From the IMG/VR virus record IMGVR_UViG_3300037751_000542, positions 1 to 27,924 of that record: 27,924 bases of DNA; one strand, given 5' to 3'. The notes beneath the pieces are model-generated. The model was not told where the DNA came from. It saw only the letters and a list, made by a program, of their open reading frames with translations, and did no database searches. This document shows, in pieces, positions 1 to 8,626 of this stretch (the stretch's first letter is position 1; each line of letters opens with the position of its first letter). Made by a program: the position numbers and the translations under genes. The stretch comes from a virus. Lineage: Duplodnaviria; Caudoviricetes.

Positions 1-1
1 A

Positions 2-856
2 CACTCAGCCGTCAGATACCGCATCGACAACGTGGCCCAATACTACTGGCAACATGAGAGAATCAATTGGGACCTCTCCGATGACCGCCATTTCCCATCT
101 CTCGCCCCACCGCACCCGGTCACCTGGTTAGAGTACAAAATGCCCACCAGGTACGTACTCGAAGATGGCCCCATACATCGGCCCGATTTTGCAAACAGGT
201 ACGCCGGCTGCCTCATCAACACAATCGATCGGCGTGATGGCCCTGAATTTTTCAACAACCCTTCCAGGGCAGGCCTGGCTGATAACACACGCTGGCTACT
301 GCAGTGCCTTATAACCATCAGCGACAAAAACAAACCGCTCTGGTGGTACGGCGAGGGCTGTCTGATAGCCGTCGCCGAAGATGGCAGTATCGGGATGGAC
401 AAAGATGGAAAACCATTTTTTCAGGTAATGGTCCGCCCCCAGCACAAGCACTCTCGGCAACACCAAGAGAGTCTGCGCCTGGCCGTCAAGCCAAACCTAC
501 TCACTTTTTCGTTCCTGGCCGCAAAAAACGTGATCATCATAGACCACGATCCCCGGCCCGTTCGGCTGAGCTCACGTCGAAGCCCAGCCAAGAAGCAGAA
601 CAAATCAGGCCGGGCATACACAAAACACCGCACGCTGGAGATTGCGCCATTGCGCGACGTACTCAGAGTCCGGAACCAAAAAACGGCAACCGAGACCGGT
701 CGCCGCCTAACCAGCATCTCAATCACCAGAGGCCATTTCCGCACCTACACAGAAAAGGCCCCACTATTCGGCAAATACCCAGGCACATTCTGGGTTCCAT
801 CCTACGTCCGGGGCCATGGCGCAGAAAATAACCGCGACCGGGAAGTGAAGATATAA
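2..856 (+). CDS. Conserved phage hypothetical protein with C-terminal RGH motif; 5'-truncated at window edge
   Basis: The frame is open from position 2 (HSAVRYRIDNVAQYY...), so the start probably lies upstream. The C-terminal TRGHFRTY..PLFG..GTFWVP..RG resembles a recurrent phage hypothetical family. Confidence 0.75.
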   Translation, partial: HSAVRYRIDNVAQYYWQHERINWDLSDDRHFPSLAPPHPVTWLEYKMPTRYVLEDGPIHRPDFANRYAGCLINTIDRRDGPEFFNNPSRAGLADNTRWLLQCLITISDKNKPLWWYGEGCLIAVAEDGSIGMDKDGKPFFQVMVRPQHKHSRQHQESLRLAVKPNLLTFSFLAAKNVIIIDHDPRPVRLSSRRSPAKKQNKSGRAYTKHRTLEIAPLRDVLRVRNQKTATETGRRLTSISITRGHFRTYTEKAPLFGKYPGTFWVPSYVRGHGAENNRDREVKI

Positions 857-864
857 AGTAGAAA

Positions 865-1158
865 ATGTCATTTGAAGAGAATGAATACAGAACCGGATTC
901 CCCAAAAAATGCCCTACGTTACGTGTTGAAATAGTGCTGGCCGCCAACTGTCTGGGTTGTGAATTCCACAAACAGGATGAGCGTCTTTACTGGAGATGTG
1001 ACCATGCTGAATATCAAAATGAGCCAGGTGTTCATTTTTGCCTGACATGCGGAATAGAACTCTGTTTTGGTGGCGCGAAAGGCGTCAAAAAAAACCAATA
1101 CCCCTATTGCGGCGGGTCATCAGACAGATGTCGCCGCGACCGGGAAGTGAAAGTTTAG
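865..1158 (+). CDS. Cys-rich (putative Zn-binding) hypothetical protein
   Basis: ATG lies 8 nt after the upstream stop. CxxC motifs (CLGC, CLTC) are present. The gene is more AT-rich than its neighbours. Confidence 0.6.
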   Translation: MSFEENEYRTGFPKKCPTLRVEIVLAANCLGCEFHKQDERLYWRCDHAEYQNEPGVHFCLTCGIELCFGGAKGVKKNQYPYCGGSSDRCRRDREVKV

Positions 1159-1163
1159 CCCAT

Positions 1164-1192
1164 TTGCCGGCGGGCCTTAATTCTATTATGAT
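1164..1192 (+). promoter_or_regulatory. Putative sigma70 promoter
   Basis: TTGCCG-17 bp-TATGAT upstream of the GGAGG RBS of 1223..1459. Confidence 0.45.
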
Positions 1193-1222
1193 GACTAATC
1201 TAGAATCAACCGGAGGCAACCA

Positions 1223-1459
1223 ATGTCTAAAACAACACTGGAACACATCTACCAAGAAGCCAACCTGGATACCGTCATCCACTACTTCGCCAAAGACTTC
1301 CAACTACAACCAGGAACAGAACTCCTCGAAGTTGAATACTACGTAGACCCCTTCAAAAAAAAGGTGATCTACAAACTCTTCGTCAAAAAACACCCCGATC
1401 CCCCACAACCCACTCCTCCAACCCCACCAGATGCAAACGTCACCGGGCCACTCTACTAA
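1223..1459 (+). CDS. Hypothetical protein with Pro-rich tail
   Basis: GGAGG RBS at 1212-1216; natural-looking composition. Confidence 0.75.
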   Translation: MSKTTLEHIYQEANLDTVIHYFAKDFQLQPGTELLEVEYYVDPFKKKVIYKLFVKKHPDPPQPTPPTPPDANVTGPLY

Positions 1460-1644
1460 TGATCCAAAAACCCGCCTTCCCCCCACCCACCGGCCTTATC
1501 ATCCCCTGGCCGGACAAAAACAATATCCCCCCAAGGTGGTCTATCACCCTGAAGAATATCCCCGTCATCGCCAATCCCGGCAATCCCCATCAGCAGCCAC
1601 TCCAATCCACCGACTGGTGTTGGATACAGCGGCAGCCTGAGTAA
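1459..1644 (+). CDS. Small Pro-rich hypothetical protein
   Basis: TAATG stop/start overlap with the upstream gene suggests translational coupling. Confidence 0.5.
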   Translation: MIQKPAFPPPTGLIIPWPDKNNIPPRWSITLKNIPVIANPGNPHQQPLQSTDWCWIQRQPE

Positions 1645-1676
1645 GCAGTATTCAGTCCGCAAGAAAAAGGTGCAAA

Positions 1677-1901
1677 ATGGATTTCAACGTAGAAACCGAC
1701 AGAACATTTCGATACCAGCATATTTATTCATTAGCTGAAATTACAGCTAAATCCATTGAGGTTGATGAACCAACAGAGTACAGTAGTATTATGTACCTGG
1801 TAGCTCGCGCCAGTGATCGCCGCGAATATTGGTTCATAACAAAAGAAGATGGCTGGACGATAGATCATACCTGGTCATCGTTCAAACTAATTCGCAGTTA
1901 G
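1677..1901 (+). CDS. Hypothetical protein (AT-rich cassette)
   Basis: AAGGTG RBS; flanked by 27-bp direct repeats. Confidence 0.65.
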   Translation: MDFNVETDRTFRYQHIYSLAEITAKSIEVDEPTEYSSIMYLVARASDRREYWFITKEDGWTIDHTWSSFKLIRS

Positions 1902-1929
1902 ACTTAAGCAGTGTTCAGTCCGCAAGAAA

Positions 1930-1965
1930 AAAGCCTCCCTGAGCAATAAGGCTCAGGGAGGCTTT
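1930..1965. terminator. Bidirectional intrinsic terminator
   Basis: Perfect 15-bp stem AAAGCCTCCCTGAGC/GCTCAGGGAGGCTTT with a 6-nt loop and an A-tract on the left, between convergent operons. Confidence 0.85.
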
Positions 1966-2019
1966 ATGAATTACCCTTCCAGGGCAGGCTTTCGCAATTT
2001 ATAATTCATAATTCACCAT

Positions 2020-2262
2020 TTATAATTCACACCCCTGCGCCTTTGCCCAAGTTTCCAGAGAAGTTAGCTTCGCGTCAATCCGCCGAAGATCGGCTTCGAT
2101 CTGTTCAAGCGTCATAGGGGGAGGTTCGAAGAGCGGCAGGTAGCCTGTGCCAAAGTCATGCTCAGGGTTATAGGCTTTAGTATCATGCTTCAGGGTACCG
2201 GTACTATCCCATTCCGAAGCCAGATCGCCGCCGTCATGGTCATGGTCGAGGTTAAGGGTCAT
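2020..2262 (-). CDS. Hypothetical protein, last gene of structural operon
   Basis: AAGGAGAG RBS; C-terminal coiled-coil-like segment. Confidence 0.7.
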   Translation of the reverse strand: MTLNLDHDHDGGDLASEWDSTGTLKHDTKAYNPEHDFGTGYLPLFEPPPMTLEQIEADLRRIDAKLTSLETWAKAQGCEL

Positions 2263-2309
2263 AAGGTCTCTCCTTGTCGAAGGCTCGCCGCAAGCCTCAT
2301 AAGCTTAGT

Positions 2310-4271
2310 TTAGTAGATCCTCATAATAAAAGCAAGCGCAAAGTACGGCGGCAGGATATCCTGCGTCGCGCTGAGTGAGTTGGCAGTTGCGCCGGTCACA
2401 TCGTGACCGTGTGCATCTGATCCCGTTGCGCCGGTCACATCGTGACCGTGGGCGTCGCTGGCGGTTGCGCCGGTGACATCGTGGCTGTGGTTGTCGTTGC
2501 CCATGGCTAGTGTGCCAACACCGTGGCCGTGGGCATCGCTGGCTGTGCTGCCGGTGATGCTATGGCCGTGCGAAACGTCGGCAAAGGCGCTCTCGTCGAC
2601 GGCGCCCTGGACGTCGACAGTCGCCGGCGGCGCGATACTGGCCGCGGCTAATGTGCCGTTGCTATGGCTGTGGCTATCACTGGCCACGCTGCCGGTGATG
2701 GTGTGGCCATGGCTGTCTGAGGCTGTGGCGAGGGTGCCGTCTGTGTGCGAGTGGCTGTCTGAGGCGGCGGCCAGGGTGCCGTCTGTGTGCGAGTGGCTGT
2801 CTGAGGCCGCGGCCAATGTTCCATCTGCGTGGCTGTGGCGGATGTCAACGGTGGCCGCGCCGCCGGTATCACCAATGGCGTAGGTAGCGCCGGCAGCCAC
2901 AACAAACTTATCCAGCAGATTAGGCGTACCAGACGTGCCGTCACACAACGCCCACCCATCCGGGATAGCCCCGGCGCTCCCGGACCAAAGGACAATACAG
3001 CCTATAGGCACTGTCCCGGCCACCTCCGCGCTATCATGGCGGTGACCTCCGCTCCCACCACGGCGACGGCTCCGCCGCGCCCGGGTCCGCCGCCGGCTTT
3101 TGCGCCGCGCCCGGCGGCTTTTGCGCGAGTGTTTGCGCCGGCCACGGCGCGTTTCCTCCTCCGTATCCAGCGCCCAGGTAAAGAGATCGCCCAGGTTCAG
3201 CTCCTGCTCCCAGGTCCCGTCATCCGAATCCCAGCGCTCTACAATCTCAATCACCCGACCACTACCCGCATCGCCCCCCCAGGGCGGCGCGGTGTAAGAA
3301 ACCACATCGTACATCTGAGCAGAAAAATTCGGCCTTGAGACCAAAACCGCCGAGACCGCGTCAGCCTGCTCCTGCCTGAGCAGCGCCTCAGCATACTCCA
3401 GACACTCAGCATTAGAAGAGAGCGCCGGCTCCTCCACCGTCCGTAACCGGGTCTGGCCGGTGAGGGTAACCTCGGTCGTATTAGTAGCCGTACCCGAAAA
3501 TTCCAGATCCGAGCCACCCAGGACGGTTACTTTATTAAAACGGGCGGTATTCTCACTGATCTGGGTCTCAGGCAACAGCGGATGCAGGCCCGTCGAGCCA
3601 TTGCCAAAATCGTAATCATAGCCAACCGCCTCATCCGACTCGAGCAGCTTCCACAGAAATTCCCCATCCAGCCCAAAATAGAGCTCCTCATGACACTGCT
3701 CCATCACCTCGGCCAGCAGCTGATCCCCATCAGAAAAAATACCGGCCGTAAAATCAGTGCTAAACCCGAAACTCCCGGCATCGAGCGTCAGGCTAACATT
3801 AGTCAAAATCGATGCGGCAATCTGGCTGTGCGTCTGCGCGGTAAATGTAGTCTCCGACGAATATCGAAATCCCTCAAGAAGACCCCACATATCCACACAA
3901 GAAATCAAAAAGCGGCCGTCATCTAAATATTCCAGCGACTCAACCCAGCATCGAGGCAGCTCCTCCAGGAGCGCCGACCCACTCACCACCAGCCCGCGAG
4001 AAAGCGACACAACTGCGCCCCGCGTCAGGTTAGGATAATCCGTAGCCAGATCATCGAATTCATCAACCCGATTATCCAACCACAGCGCCAGGCCGCCCGC
4101 CTCGTTAGCGGCCTCTTCGTAGTGATACGCCCGGAGGTAGGCGGTCACGATGTGACCGCCTATCGTCAGCGAGACGCTGGGAATACCGCCCAGGGTTTTT
4201 TGGGCCGAGAGGAGAGACCTACTCGATTTCCAGCCTGTTAGTCGTCGGAGAACATCTACAAAGCCGCTCAT
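2310..4271 (-). CDS. Tail/baseplate-hub-like protein fused to a tail collar domain and a His-repeat fibre tip
   Basis: Tail collar signature VPIGCIVLWSG..GWALCDG..GTPNL.DKF, HxH repeats and a terminal ILPPYFALAFIMR. The N-terminal region resembles a late-control D/hub-like domain (inference). Confidence 0.8.
   Translation of the reverse strand: MSGFVDVLRRLTGWKSSRSLLSAQKTLGGIPSVSLTIGGHIVTAYLRAYHYEEAANEAGGLALWLDNRVDEFDDLATDYPNLTRGAVVSLSRGLVVSGSALLEELPRCWVESLEYLDDGRFLISCVDMWGLLEGFRYSSETTFTAQTHSQIAASILTNVSLTLDAGSFGFSTDFTAGIFSDGDQLLAEVMEQCHEELYFGLDGEFLWKLLESDEAVGYDYDFGNGSTGLHPLLPETQISENTARFNKVTVLGGSDLEFSGTATNTTEVTLTGQTRLRTVEEPALSSNAECLEYAEALLRQEQADAVSAVLVSRPNFSAQMYDVVSYTAPPWGGDAGSGRVIEIVERWDSDDGTWEQELNLGDLFTWALDTEEETRRGRRKHSRKSRRARRKSRRRTRARRSRRRGGSGGHRHDSAEVAGTVPIGCIVLWSGSAGAIPDGWALCDGTSGTPNLLDKFVVAAGATYAIGDTGGAATVDIRHSHADGTLAAASDSHSHTDGTLAAASDSHSHTDGTLATASDSHGHTITGSVASDSHSHSNGTLAAASIAPPATVDVQGAVDESAFADVSHGHSITGSTASDAHGHGVGTLAMGNDNHSHDVTGATASDAHGHDVTGATGSDAHGHDVTGATANSLSATQDILPPYFALAFIMRIY
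2386..2840 (-). repeat. Intragenic 39/42-bp repeats encoding HxH fibre repeats
   Basis: GTTGCGCCGGT(C/G)ACATCGTG at 2386, 2425 and 2464; GTGCCGTCTGTGTGCGAGTGGCTGTCTGAGGC repeated with a 42-bp period. Confidence 0.8.
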
Positions 4272-4441
4272 AAGAAGTAGAGAGCTAACGAATGGTGAAT
4301 GGTGACTTGCGGCGAGGCTTCGGGGGTGAGCCTCAGCCGAACCCTCAGTCGAACCGAATTATGAATTATAAATTGCAAAGTCATTCACCGTTCGGCTGAG
4401 GCTCACGTCGAAGCCATTCACCATTTACCATTCATAATTAT

Positions 4442-5416
4442 TTAGGTGACGGCCGTCACCGGATCGGCGTTGGCGTCAGTAGTAACCGTGCGGGTGTTGA
4501 AGGTCGTTGAGCCATCGGTCTTTTTGATGGTCCAGGTTGTGCCACTCAGCGCGCTCTCAAACGCGCCCAGAATTAGCTCGGCCAGGCTGTGGTTGCCGGC
4601 GGTGTCCTCAACGTTGGAAACACTGCGGCTCAGTATCTCATCGGCGATGGCCTGGGCTGTGGCTGTGGCGATGACTACGCCGTCTGTGCCGGTGTCGGCT
4701 AAGATAGCGTCAATGAGCAGGTCGAGCCGCCCACCGTTGGCCCAATCCGCCTGTAGCTCGCCGGTATCGGCCAGGATGGCGTCGATGAGCAGGTCAAGCC
4801 GGCCGCCGTTGACCCAATCCGCTTGCAGCTCGCCGGTATCGGCTAAGATAGCGTCAATCAGTAGATCGAGCCGACCACCATTGACCCAGTCCCCCTGAAG
4901 CTCGTTGGTATCAGCCAAAATTGCATCGAGGTCTAGCCCGCCGGCGTCGGAGATCGGCAGGCCTCCGGCTGCGTCGGCGGCAGCTGCGGGCAGGGCAGTG
5001 CCGGCCAGGCCACGGGTGGCGCTGTAGGCGCTGTCTACAAGAGCGTTGTTGAGACCTGCAGCGCGAAAACCGATGATAGGGCCGCGCCAAGGCAAGACGC
5101 CGTCGGCGACGCCGGTAAACCAGCCAAATCCCTCTGTATCATTGTTAATACTGATCCCGCCGGAGGCGGGAATTTCGATGGTGTACATACCGCCGTCCTG
5201 GTGGCCCCAATCATAGACGCCGGCCGTAGTGGGGGTTACGACGGTAGCGGTGGTTGCGCCGGCGGTAGTTGTGAAATGCCAGATGAGTTCGAGGCCGGCT
5301 GCGTTGTAGGCAATGGTTTCCTCGCGGGTTTTGAAGTCGGTGTCATCCAGTAAGGGCAGGATGTTGACAGGGACTTCGGCGAGGGCTGTATCTACGTCAA
5401 GCCACAGGTCAGGCAT
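4442..5416 (-). CDS. Virion structural/fibre-like protein with 24-aa repeats
   Basis: AGGAG RBS; three copies of DAILADT(G/N)ELQ(A/G)DW(V/A)NGGRLDLLI; acidic Ala/Thr-rich composition; located in the structural operon. Confidence 0.75.
   Translation of the reverse strand: MPDLWLDVDTALAEVPVNILPLLDDTDFKTREETIAYNAAGLELIWHFTTTAGATTATVVTPTTAGVYDWGHQDGGMYTIEIPASGGISINNDTEGFGWFTGVADGVLPWRGPIIGFRAAGLNNALVDSAYSATRGLAGTALPAAAADAAGGLPISDAGGLDLDAILADTNELQGDWVNGGRLDLLIDAILADTGELQADWVNGGRLDLLIDAILADTGELQADWANGGRLDLLIDAILADTGTDGVVIATATAQAIADEILSRSVSNVEDTAGNHSLAELILGAFESALSGTTWTIKKTDGSTTFNTRTVTTDANADPVTAVT
4691..4930 (-). repeat. 72-bp intragenic tandem repeat (about 3.3 copies)
   Basis: Units begin at about 4691, 4763 and 4835, with synonymous divergence between them. 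Confidence 0.8.
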
Positions 5417-5427
5417 CGTGAAAACTC

Positions 5428-5994
5428 CTATTGCTGAGCATATGCGTACCAGGGATTGCCTGGCACCGGGCTATAGTCGATATCCAGCCGGGCCGCGTCG
5501 GGGGTGCTGTCGTCATAGGTGGTCCAGAAGTTATAAACGTCGCTGCCCGATCCGTCGTCGCGGACAATGATTTGGATGACCGAGGGGTCGTAGCTGTCGG
5601 CCAGTTCCTGGATGATGGCTGACAGGTCCGGACTGGTGGCGTCGGTGGAGGCTACGCTGTCCTCGTCCCAGTCCACAGAGGCCGTGGTGAGGGTGATGGC
5701 CTGGAACTCCGCCGCGTCGGTGGGGGCGGCCGGGGCGGTCTGATCGTCGGCGTAGATTTTTTGCAGCACGCCGGGGCTGTTGGCGGCGAATTCGCCGCGC
5801 AGGGTCAGGGTGGCCGTGTCAATGGTAACCGAGGTCAGGCCGCTGACGCCCGTGAACCTGGCCCAGACGCCGAATGGAACGGTAGAGACATTGCCGGCGA
5901 TCATCCAGAGTTGGGTGGCGTTGAATGATGCGCCGGTTTGGCCGGCGTGGCCGTCGTCTGCGGATGCGCCGACCTGGAGGTTGAGGGTGGTCAT
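5428..5994 (-). CDS. Putative virion appendage beta-sandwich protein (DNRLRE-like, tentative)
   Basis: Motifs (A)SADDG..., WARFTGV, IDTATLTL, SPDLSAIIQE and ARLDIDY; ATGA overlap with the upstream gene. Confidence 0.7.
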   Translation of the reverse strand: MTTLNLQVGASADDGHAGQTGASFNATQLWMIAGNVSTVPFGVWARFTGVSGLTSVTIDTATLTLRGEFAANSPGVLQKIYADDQTAPAAPTDAAEFQAITLTTASVDWDEDSVASTDATSPDLSAIIQELADSYDPSVIQIIVRDDGSGSDVYNFWTTYDDSTPDAARLDIDYSPVPGNPWYAYAQQ

Positions 5995-6410
5995 GGGGCT
6001 GGGGGCGTTCGCCGTTGCCCCACCAGGTCGCTGACGCCGGGCCGGGCCAGCAGGCCGAGGGGATCGGCTGTATCCGACCGAATACGGGCGTCGCGGCTGT
6101 CGGGTGGTACATTTTGCCGACGCTCCAACCGCAGACCATAGCGCTCGATGTTGGCGATGATCTCTGCCGGGACGTCGGTGTCAGTCGTTAGCCAGTAGCG
6201 TGGATCGGGATCAGGATCGGGTAGCGGCGTGAAGGGAAAATCTGGCGGAATCTCCATTGGGCCGGTGTAGCGGGTGTGGGTAGCCGCGATTTGCATAACG
6301 AAATCGTTACGGTGGATCAGGCGAGCGCCGTTATAGAAATCGACCTGGAGGTAGAGATGGGTGCTATTTTCCAGAGTTTCGATTTTGCCGATCTCGTACT
6401 CGTAGTCCAT
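5991..6410 (-). CDS. Hypothetical protein
   Basis: Coupled to both neighbours (TGAATG upstream, ATGA downstream). Confidence 0.7.
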   Translation of the reverse strand: MDYEYEIGKIETLENSTHLYLQVDFYNGARLIHRNDFVMQIAATHTRYTGPMEIPPDFPFTPLPDPDPDPRYWLTTDTDVPAEIIANIERYGLRLERRQNVPPDSRDARIRSDTADPLGLLARPGVSDLVGQRRTPPAP

Positions 6411-6506
6411 TCAGATCAAATTCCCCGTCAGGCATACCGCCAACAGCGCCACCAACCCGACCAATACTACCAATATCAACAGGCCCTGCCGGTCCTTTCT
6501 ATTCAT
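6411..6506 (-). CDS. 31-aa single-TM membrane peptide (not in ORF track)
   Basis: MNRKDRQGLLILVVLVGLVALLAVCLTGNLI. Its ATG overlaps the end of 6499..7116, its stop abuts the ATG at 6410, and an AAGGA RBS is present. Confidence 0.6.
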   Translation of the reverse strand: MNRKDRQGLLILVVLVGLVALLAVCLTGNLI

Positions 6507-7116
6507 CCTTCTCATCCTTCACCGCCGGGGTCAAGCGCTCGCGAAATTGCTCCAAAAACGCCTTCCCCAACTCGCGCAGCTCGTCAACAGTTTGCCGGTC
6601 AAGCGTTACCTGCTCCACCAGGTCTACCCCCCGGCTCAGACAGGCATACCCCACCGCGCCCAAAACCAATATCCCCTCATCCCCCACCCGAAACGTAGTC
6701 GTAACCTCACTATCCAGGCCGTTCAACGTGTGGAGCTTGTTGTAAAAAATCCGGGCAGTGTCCGAGGTCTCAAGCGCCGAGCCATCGATGATATCAACCT
6801 CCTCATCCTCCGGCCACCACACAAAGCGCCTGGACAGGCGCTTATCATCACTCGTGCTATAAGGCGCCCAAACGTCAACCACAGAAACCAGGTCAGAGAC
6901 CCCGCTAATATCAATCTCCCGGCCATTCGTCGACAGCACCGATGTCAATGCCAGACTGGTCTTGGCCAAAAGCGGCCGGTGCTGGCTGTACTCAGACAAC
7001 GCCAACCGAATAGCCTCATCCACCGACCCGGTCGCCCAGATACTATTCCCGGTATCCAGCAAATTCTGCTCCACCCGGTCACGCAGAGCAGTAAGCGTCG
7101 TAGAAGATGCGCTCAT
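6499..7116 (-). CDS. Putative head-tail adaptor/neck protein
   Basis: N-terminal TLTALRDRV..L.D...W....DEAI..AL..YS pattern typical of adaptor proteins; position follows the connector gene. Confidence 0.6.
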   Translation of the reverse strand: MSASSTTLTALRDRVEQNLLDTGNSIWATGSVDEAIRLALSEYSQHRPLLAKTSLALTSVLSTNGREIDISGVSDLVSVVDVWAPYSTSDDKRLSRRFVWWPEDEEVDIIDGSALETSDTARIFYNKLHTLNGLDSEVTTTFRVGDEGILVLGAVGYACLSRGVDLVEQVTLDRQTVDELRELGKAFLEQFRERLTPAVKDEKDE

Positions 7117-7161
7117 AACAATTGTGAATTACTTCGCAATTTACCATTCACCATTCACCAT

Positions 7162-7788
7162 TCACCACCGGCTCCCCAACCGGGCCCAACGGCCCGTCCA
7201 TCGCTTGGGCACGCCATCAAGCATCGCCCGAATGTTCGGATCCAATACCAACGGTACAATCCGGCTAATTTGATTGGCCGCGATAAATGAGCCGTACTTT
7301 GTTTTTGGCCCGTCCCAGATCCGCAGCGAGATCAGCACACAGGCCCGCTCAATAGCCTCCGGCGTGGTCGAGCTATAGCCAATGCTGCCGGTCACCTCTA
7401 CCGACCGAAAATCGGTCGGAAAGGTCAGCGAGCCAAGTTGAGACCGCTCGATGGCCGTGTAGGGTATGCCATCCGTGGCCGCGTTATATGGCCATAGCTC
7501 ATAGTCATCCGACGTCCAGGTCCGCTCAAACGTCCGGTCGCCATCCTCGTCGGTTTTAAGCGTGGTCAATGACAGCAGGTCATCTACAACGCACAAATGG
7601 GCCGAGACCGGCCGGTAGTACCTGGTCTCAGACGCTGCATAAAATCGTCGCCCCCGGTCGCGGTCAATCCAGCGCGAAACGCCCTCGATGATAGACTCAA
7701 GCACCGCTGTGTCATCACCCAGGGTCTCAACGCCCTCGATCCGGTCAGTCACCTGATTAACGGTCGCGTAGCCGTTAGTAATGGCCAA
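7162..7788 (-). CDS. Head-tail connector protein (gp6/gp15-like)
   Basis: MAITNGYAT..., SRWID...GRRF, VEVTG..GY...PEAIERAC pattern. Confidence 0.8.
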   Translation of the reverse strand: MAITNGYATVNQVTDRIEGVETLGDDTAVLESIIEGVSRWIDRDRGRRFYAASETRYYRPVSAHLCVVDDLLSLTTLKTDEDGDRTFERTWTSDDYELWPYNAATDGIPYTAIERSQLGSLTFPTDFRSVEVTGSIGYSSTTPEAIERACVLISLRIWDGPKTKYGSFIAANQISRIVPLVLDPNIRAMLDGVPKRWTGRWARLGSRW

Positions 7789-8059
7789 TTAGTCCATCCC
7801 CCCGCTCGGCTGAGCTCGGTTCGGCTGAGCTCGCCGCAAGCGCCGCAAGCGCCGCAAGCCTCATCTCAATTCGATCAATCTGAGCTTGTACGGCTCGGCA
7901 GAGCTCGGTTCGGCTGAGCTCGCCGCAAGCGCCGCAAGCGCCGCAAGCCGACGGACCAATCACCACGTCCTCACTAAAATCCAGGCTCTGAGTGTGCGCC
8001 TGAGAAGGGTCATGAGCCATTACATCATGAGCATGCGACGGATCAGGATTTTTTCCCAT
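7775..8059 (-). CDS. Hypothetical protein, largely built from repeat insertions
   Basis: Overlaps both neighbours, consistent with an operon gene; contains two 57-bp repeats. Confidence 0.45.
   Translation of the reverse strand: MGKNPDPSHAHDVMAHDPSQAHTQSLDFSEDVVIGPSACGACGACGELSRTELCRAVQAQIDRIEMRLAALAALAASSAEPSSAERGDGLIGHY
7804..7949. repeat. 57-bp direct repeat pair of nested REP-like units
   Basis: 7804-7860 and 7893-7949 match at 56 of 57 positions; each includes CGCCGCAAG x3. Confidence 0.9.
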
Positions 8060-8255
8060 TTACTACCTTCGCCGCCTCCTTCCCCAAGTCCGCCAGGCCC
8101 TGGCCACCAATATAAATCCCCAGCGGTCCCACAATCAGCAGCACCTCCTCCACCGTCATCCCTGCCCGCAAGGCAAAAAACGACAGCAACGAAGCTATAA
8201 TCGCAGCCAAAAGCTTCTTCTTACCTTCAAGAATGTCCCAGGACATATTTATCAC
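8043..8255 (-). CDS. Small two-TM membrane protein (holin-like)
   Basis: KKK followed by a hydrophobic helix, a second helix ending YIGGQGLAD, and a basic C-terminus; GGAGG RBS. Confidence 0.65.
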   Translation of the reverse strand: MINMSWDILEGKKKLLAAIIASLLSFFALRAGMTVEEVLLIVGPLGIYIGGQGLADLGKEAAKVVNGKKS

Positions 8256-8626
8256 CCTCCTTTGTCAATCAAATGTCGCTCAACATCGGCCTTGACAATC
8301 CGGCCGCCGGCGCCCGTGCCTTCTATATCAGACAGACTTAACCCAACTTCAGCCGCCAGCTTCCGCGCGCCATCCGATGCTTCAGCCTCAGCCTTATTAG
8401 CCTCAACCCCAAACTCAAAAACCTCCTCCGGCCAGTTGTGCAGCAGCCGCGAGGCCGTGTACTCCGACACCACCCCATCCGCGTTTTCTACCCCGCCCTG
8501 AACGCCAAACTTACCATCTCCCAGGTCTACCGCAGCATGATTTGTCGCCAGGTAGACCCCAGGCTGGTAGGTGTACCCCTCAAACGTAACCCGGCTCTTT
8601 AATTCCAGTTTTTTCACTGCCATCAA
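8252..8626 (-). CDS. Phage protein with C-terminal E3-binding (PSBD-like) domain
   Basis: ASDGARKLAAEVGLSLSDIEGTGAGGRIVKADV matches the E3-binding domain consensus; GGAGGT RBS. Confidence 0.8.
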   Translation of the reverse strand: MMAVKKLELKSRVTFEGYTYQPGVYLATNHAAVDLGDGKFGVQGGVENADGVVSEYTASRLLHNWPEEVFEFGVEANKAEAEASDGARKLAAEVGLSLSDIEGTGAGGRIVKADVERHLIDKGG

